From Chiloscyllium plagiosum (Eukaryota): 64,000 nucleotides of DNA. A program made the position numbers and the translations under genes. The notes below the pieces were generated by a model. That model saw nothing but the letters and a program-made list of their open reading frames with translations, did not search any database and was not told the origin of the DNA. Positions 62,700 to 64,000 of this stretch are shown in pieces. Every line of letters begins with the position of its first letter. The first letter of the stretch is position 1. The stretch is from contig NC_057751.1 of assembly GCF_004010195.1 (NCBI RefSeq), positions 1,376,363-1,440,362 of the forward strand, read 5' to 3'.

Positions 62700-63510
62700 T
62701 GCCGGCCCAAAAAGTTGGCAAATGGAGTATAGCATGGAAGTTCTTCATTTTGGAAGGGAGAACAGTATTATTGAGATGGAGAAAAGCTGTAGAAAGCTAC
62801 AACTTAAGGGACTTGTGGGGATGTATCCACAGGCTGGACAACATTGCAGCAGGTAATTGGGAAAGCTCATGGAATATTGGCCCTTTCATGATAATTCTCT
62901 TTAATAATTTACTCACAAGCACTCCAGAGAACATAGAACACGGAGGGTGGAGTATGAGAGTCGGGAAGTCTAACTGCAACCTTGTAAGGTACTGGGGAGA
63001 CCACATTTGGACTGCTGTGAGCTGTTTTGACCCCTTGTTTAAGGAAAGATATCATTTCAATGGGGGAGGTCCAGAGAAGATTCACAAAGCTGATCCCTGG
63101 TATGGAGGGATGATGTTATCAGCAAAGGTGAAACAGGTTGGGACCCTACTCATTGGAGTGTAGAAGAGTGAGAGACGATCTAATTGAAACACGTAGAATT
63201 CTTCAGCGGCTTGTTGAGAGGACGTTCCCCCCTCATGGGAGAGTATCAGACCAGAGGGGACACTCTCAGAATAAAGGGACACCAATTGAAAACTGAGGTG
63301 AGGGGGCATTTCTTCTCTCAGTGAGTTGTGAGTCTTTGAAACTCCTTGTCACAGAGAGCTGTGGGGGAGAGTCTTCCTGTATATTTAAGGCTGAGATGGA
63401 TAGATTCTTAATCAGTCATTTCTGGGCAAAATGCAGGAAAGTGGATGTGAGGAGTGTCAGATGGCAGAACAAGCTTGAGGGGCTGAATAGCCTTCTTCCA
63501 TTCCTACTTT
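62700..63510 (+). mobile_element. Old CR1-clade LINE fragment
   Basis: Degenerate RPHLD..VQRRFTKLIP, then tatttaaggctgagatggatagattctt and a 3' tail. Confidence 0.65.
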
Positions 63511-64000
63511 GGACAGTCTCAGAGCAGAGGGTCACCCATGGTGTGGAGCACAGAGAGTGTGTGACTGGGGAAGAAACCAGGGAGGTGATGGTGTCATGGC
63601 GAAGGGGAGAGTATGAGAGGTGGATCCCATACTTGCTGTGTCACATGGGTCCAGAATGAGGCCAGCGCTGGCCTTGGGCATGGTGTACCCATTCTGGAGG
63701 AGAAAACCGAAATGGGCACACCAAGGCTGAGACCAGAGCTCTGGTAGCAATGTGTGGTGTGAGGGAACCGAGTCTGGTCAGGAGTGAGAGAGAGTTGAGA
63801 GGTCTGCGCTGAGCTGACAGGAGGATTCGATCAGTGACGGATGATGGGGCCAGGGAAGAGCTTGTTCTCTCAGGCCGTCCTCAGGCAGTGGACACTCCAA
63901 CTCAGTGTCTCTGCAAGGATCACAGAGCTCTCTCTCTGTGCACTCTGCCCTCACCGTGAGCCTTCCTCAACAATATCACGGGGCTGCTCCAAATAATCGA

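Noticed and set aside
49950..64000. Exons of the expected upstream neighbour (nucleoplasmin/NPM2)
   Set aside because: I could not recognise a nucleoplasmin core or acidic-tract exon in any frame; small or non-coding exons cannot be excluded.

Overview
Vertebrate genomic DNA, most likely a shark (inferred from HE1/V-SINE-like, CR1/HER1-like and Deu-SINE-like repeats). The only host gene I can support is a complete five-exon FGF8-subfamily gene on the minus strand, best called fgf17. Its coding exons are 30948-30917, 30787-30751, 13245-13068, 10741-10635 and 8648-8355 (32+37+178+107+294 = 648 nt, 215 aa, all introns GT-AG). The rest is repeat-rich intronic and intergenic DNA: many truncated CR1 LINEs, SINEs, a Rex1/Babar remnant and a rearranged Penelope-like element (PLE) fragment. 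Three observations stand out. (1) Short fold-back PLE-derived insertions recur, with 13-16 bp target-site duplications and minimal type I hammerhead ribozyme cores; one core at 35485-35519 looks intact. (2) A 5.8 kb, near-invariant 53/45-bp tandem array grows directly out of the 3' hairpin and octamer tail of the adjacent CR1 copy. (3) There are further 33-bp and 16-bp minisatellites. Most ORFs in the supplied track are repeat-derived artefacts. All family assignments come from motif recognition, not database searches.
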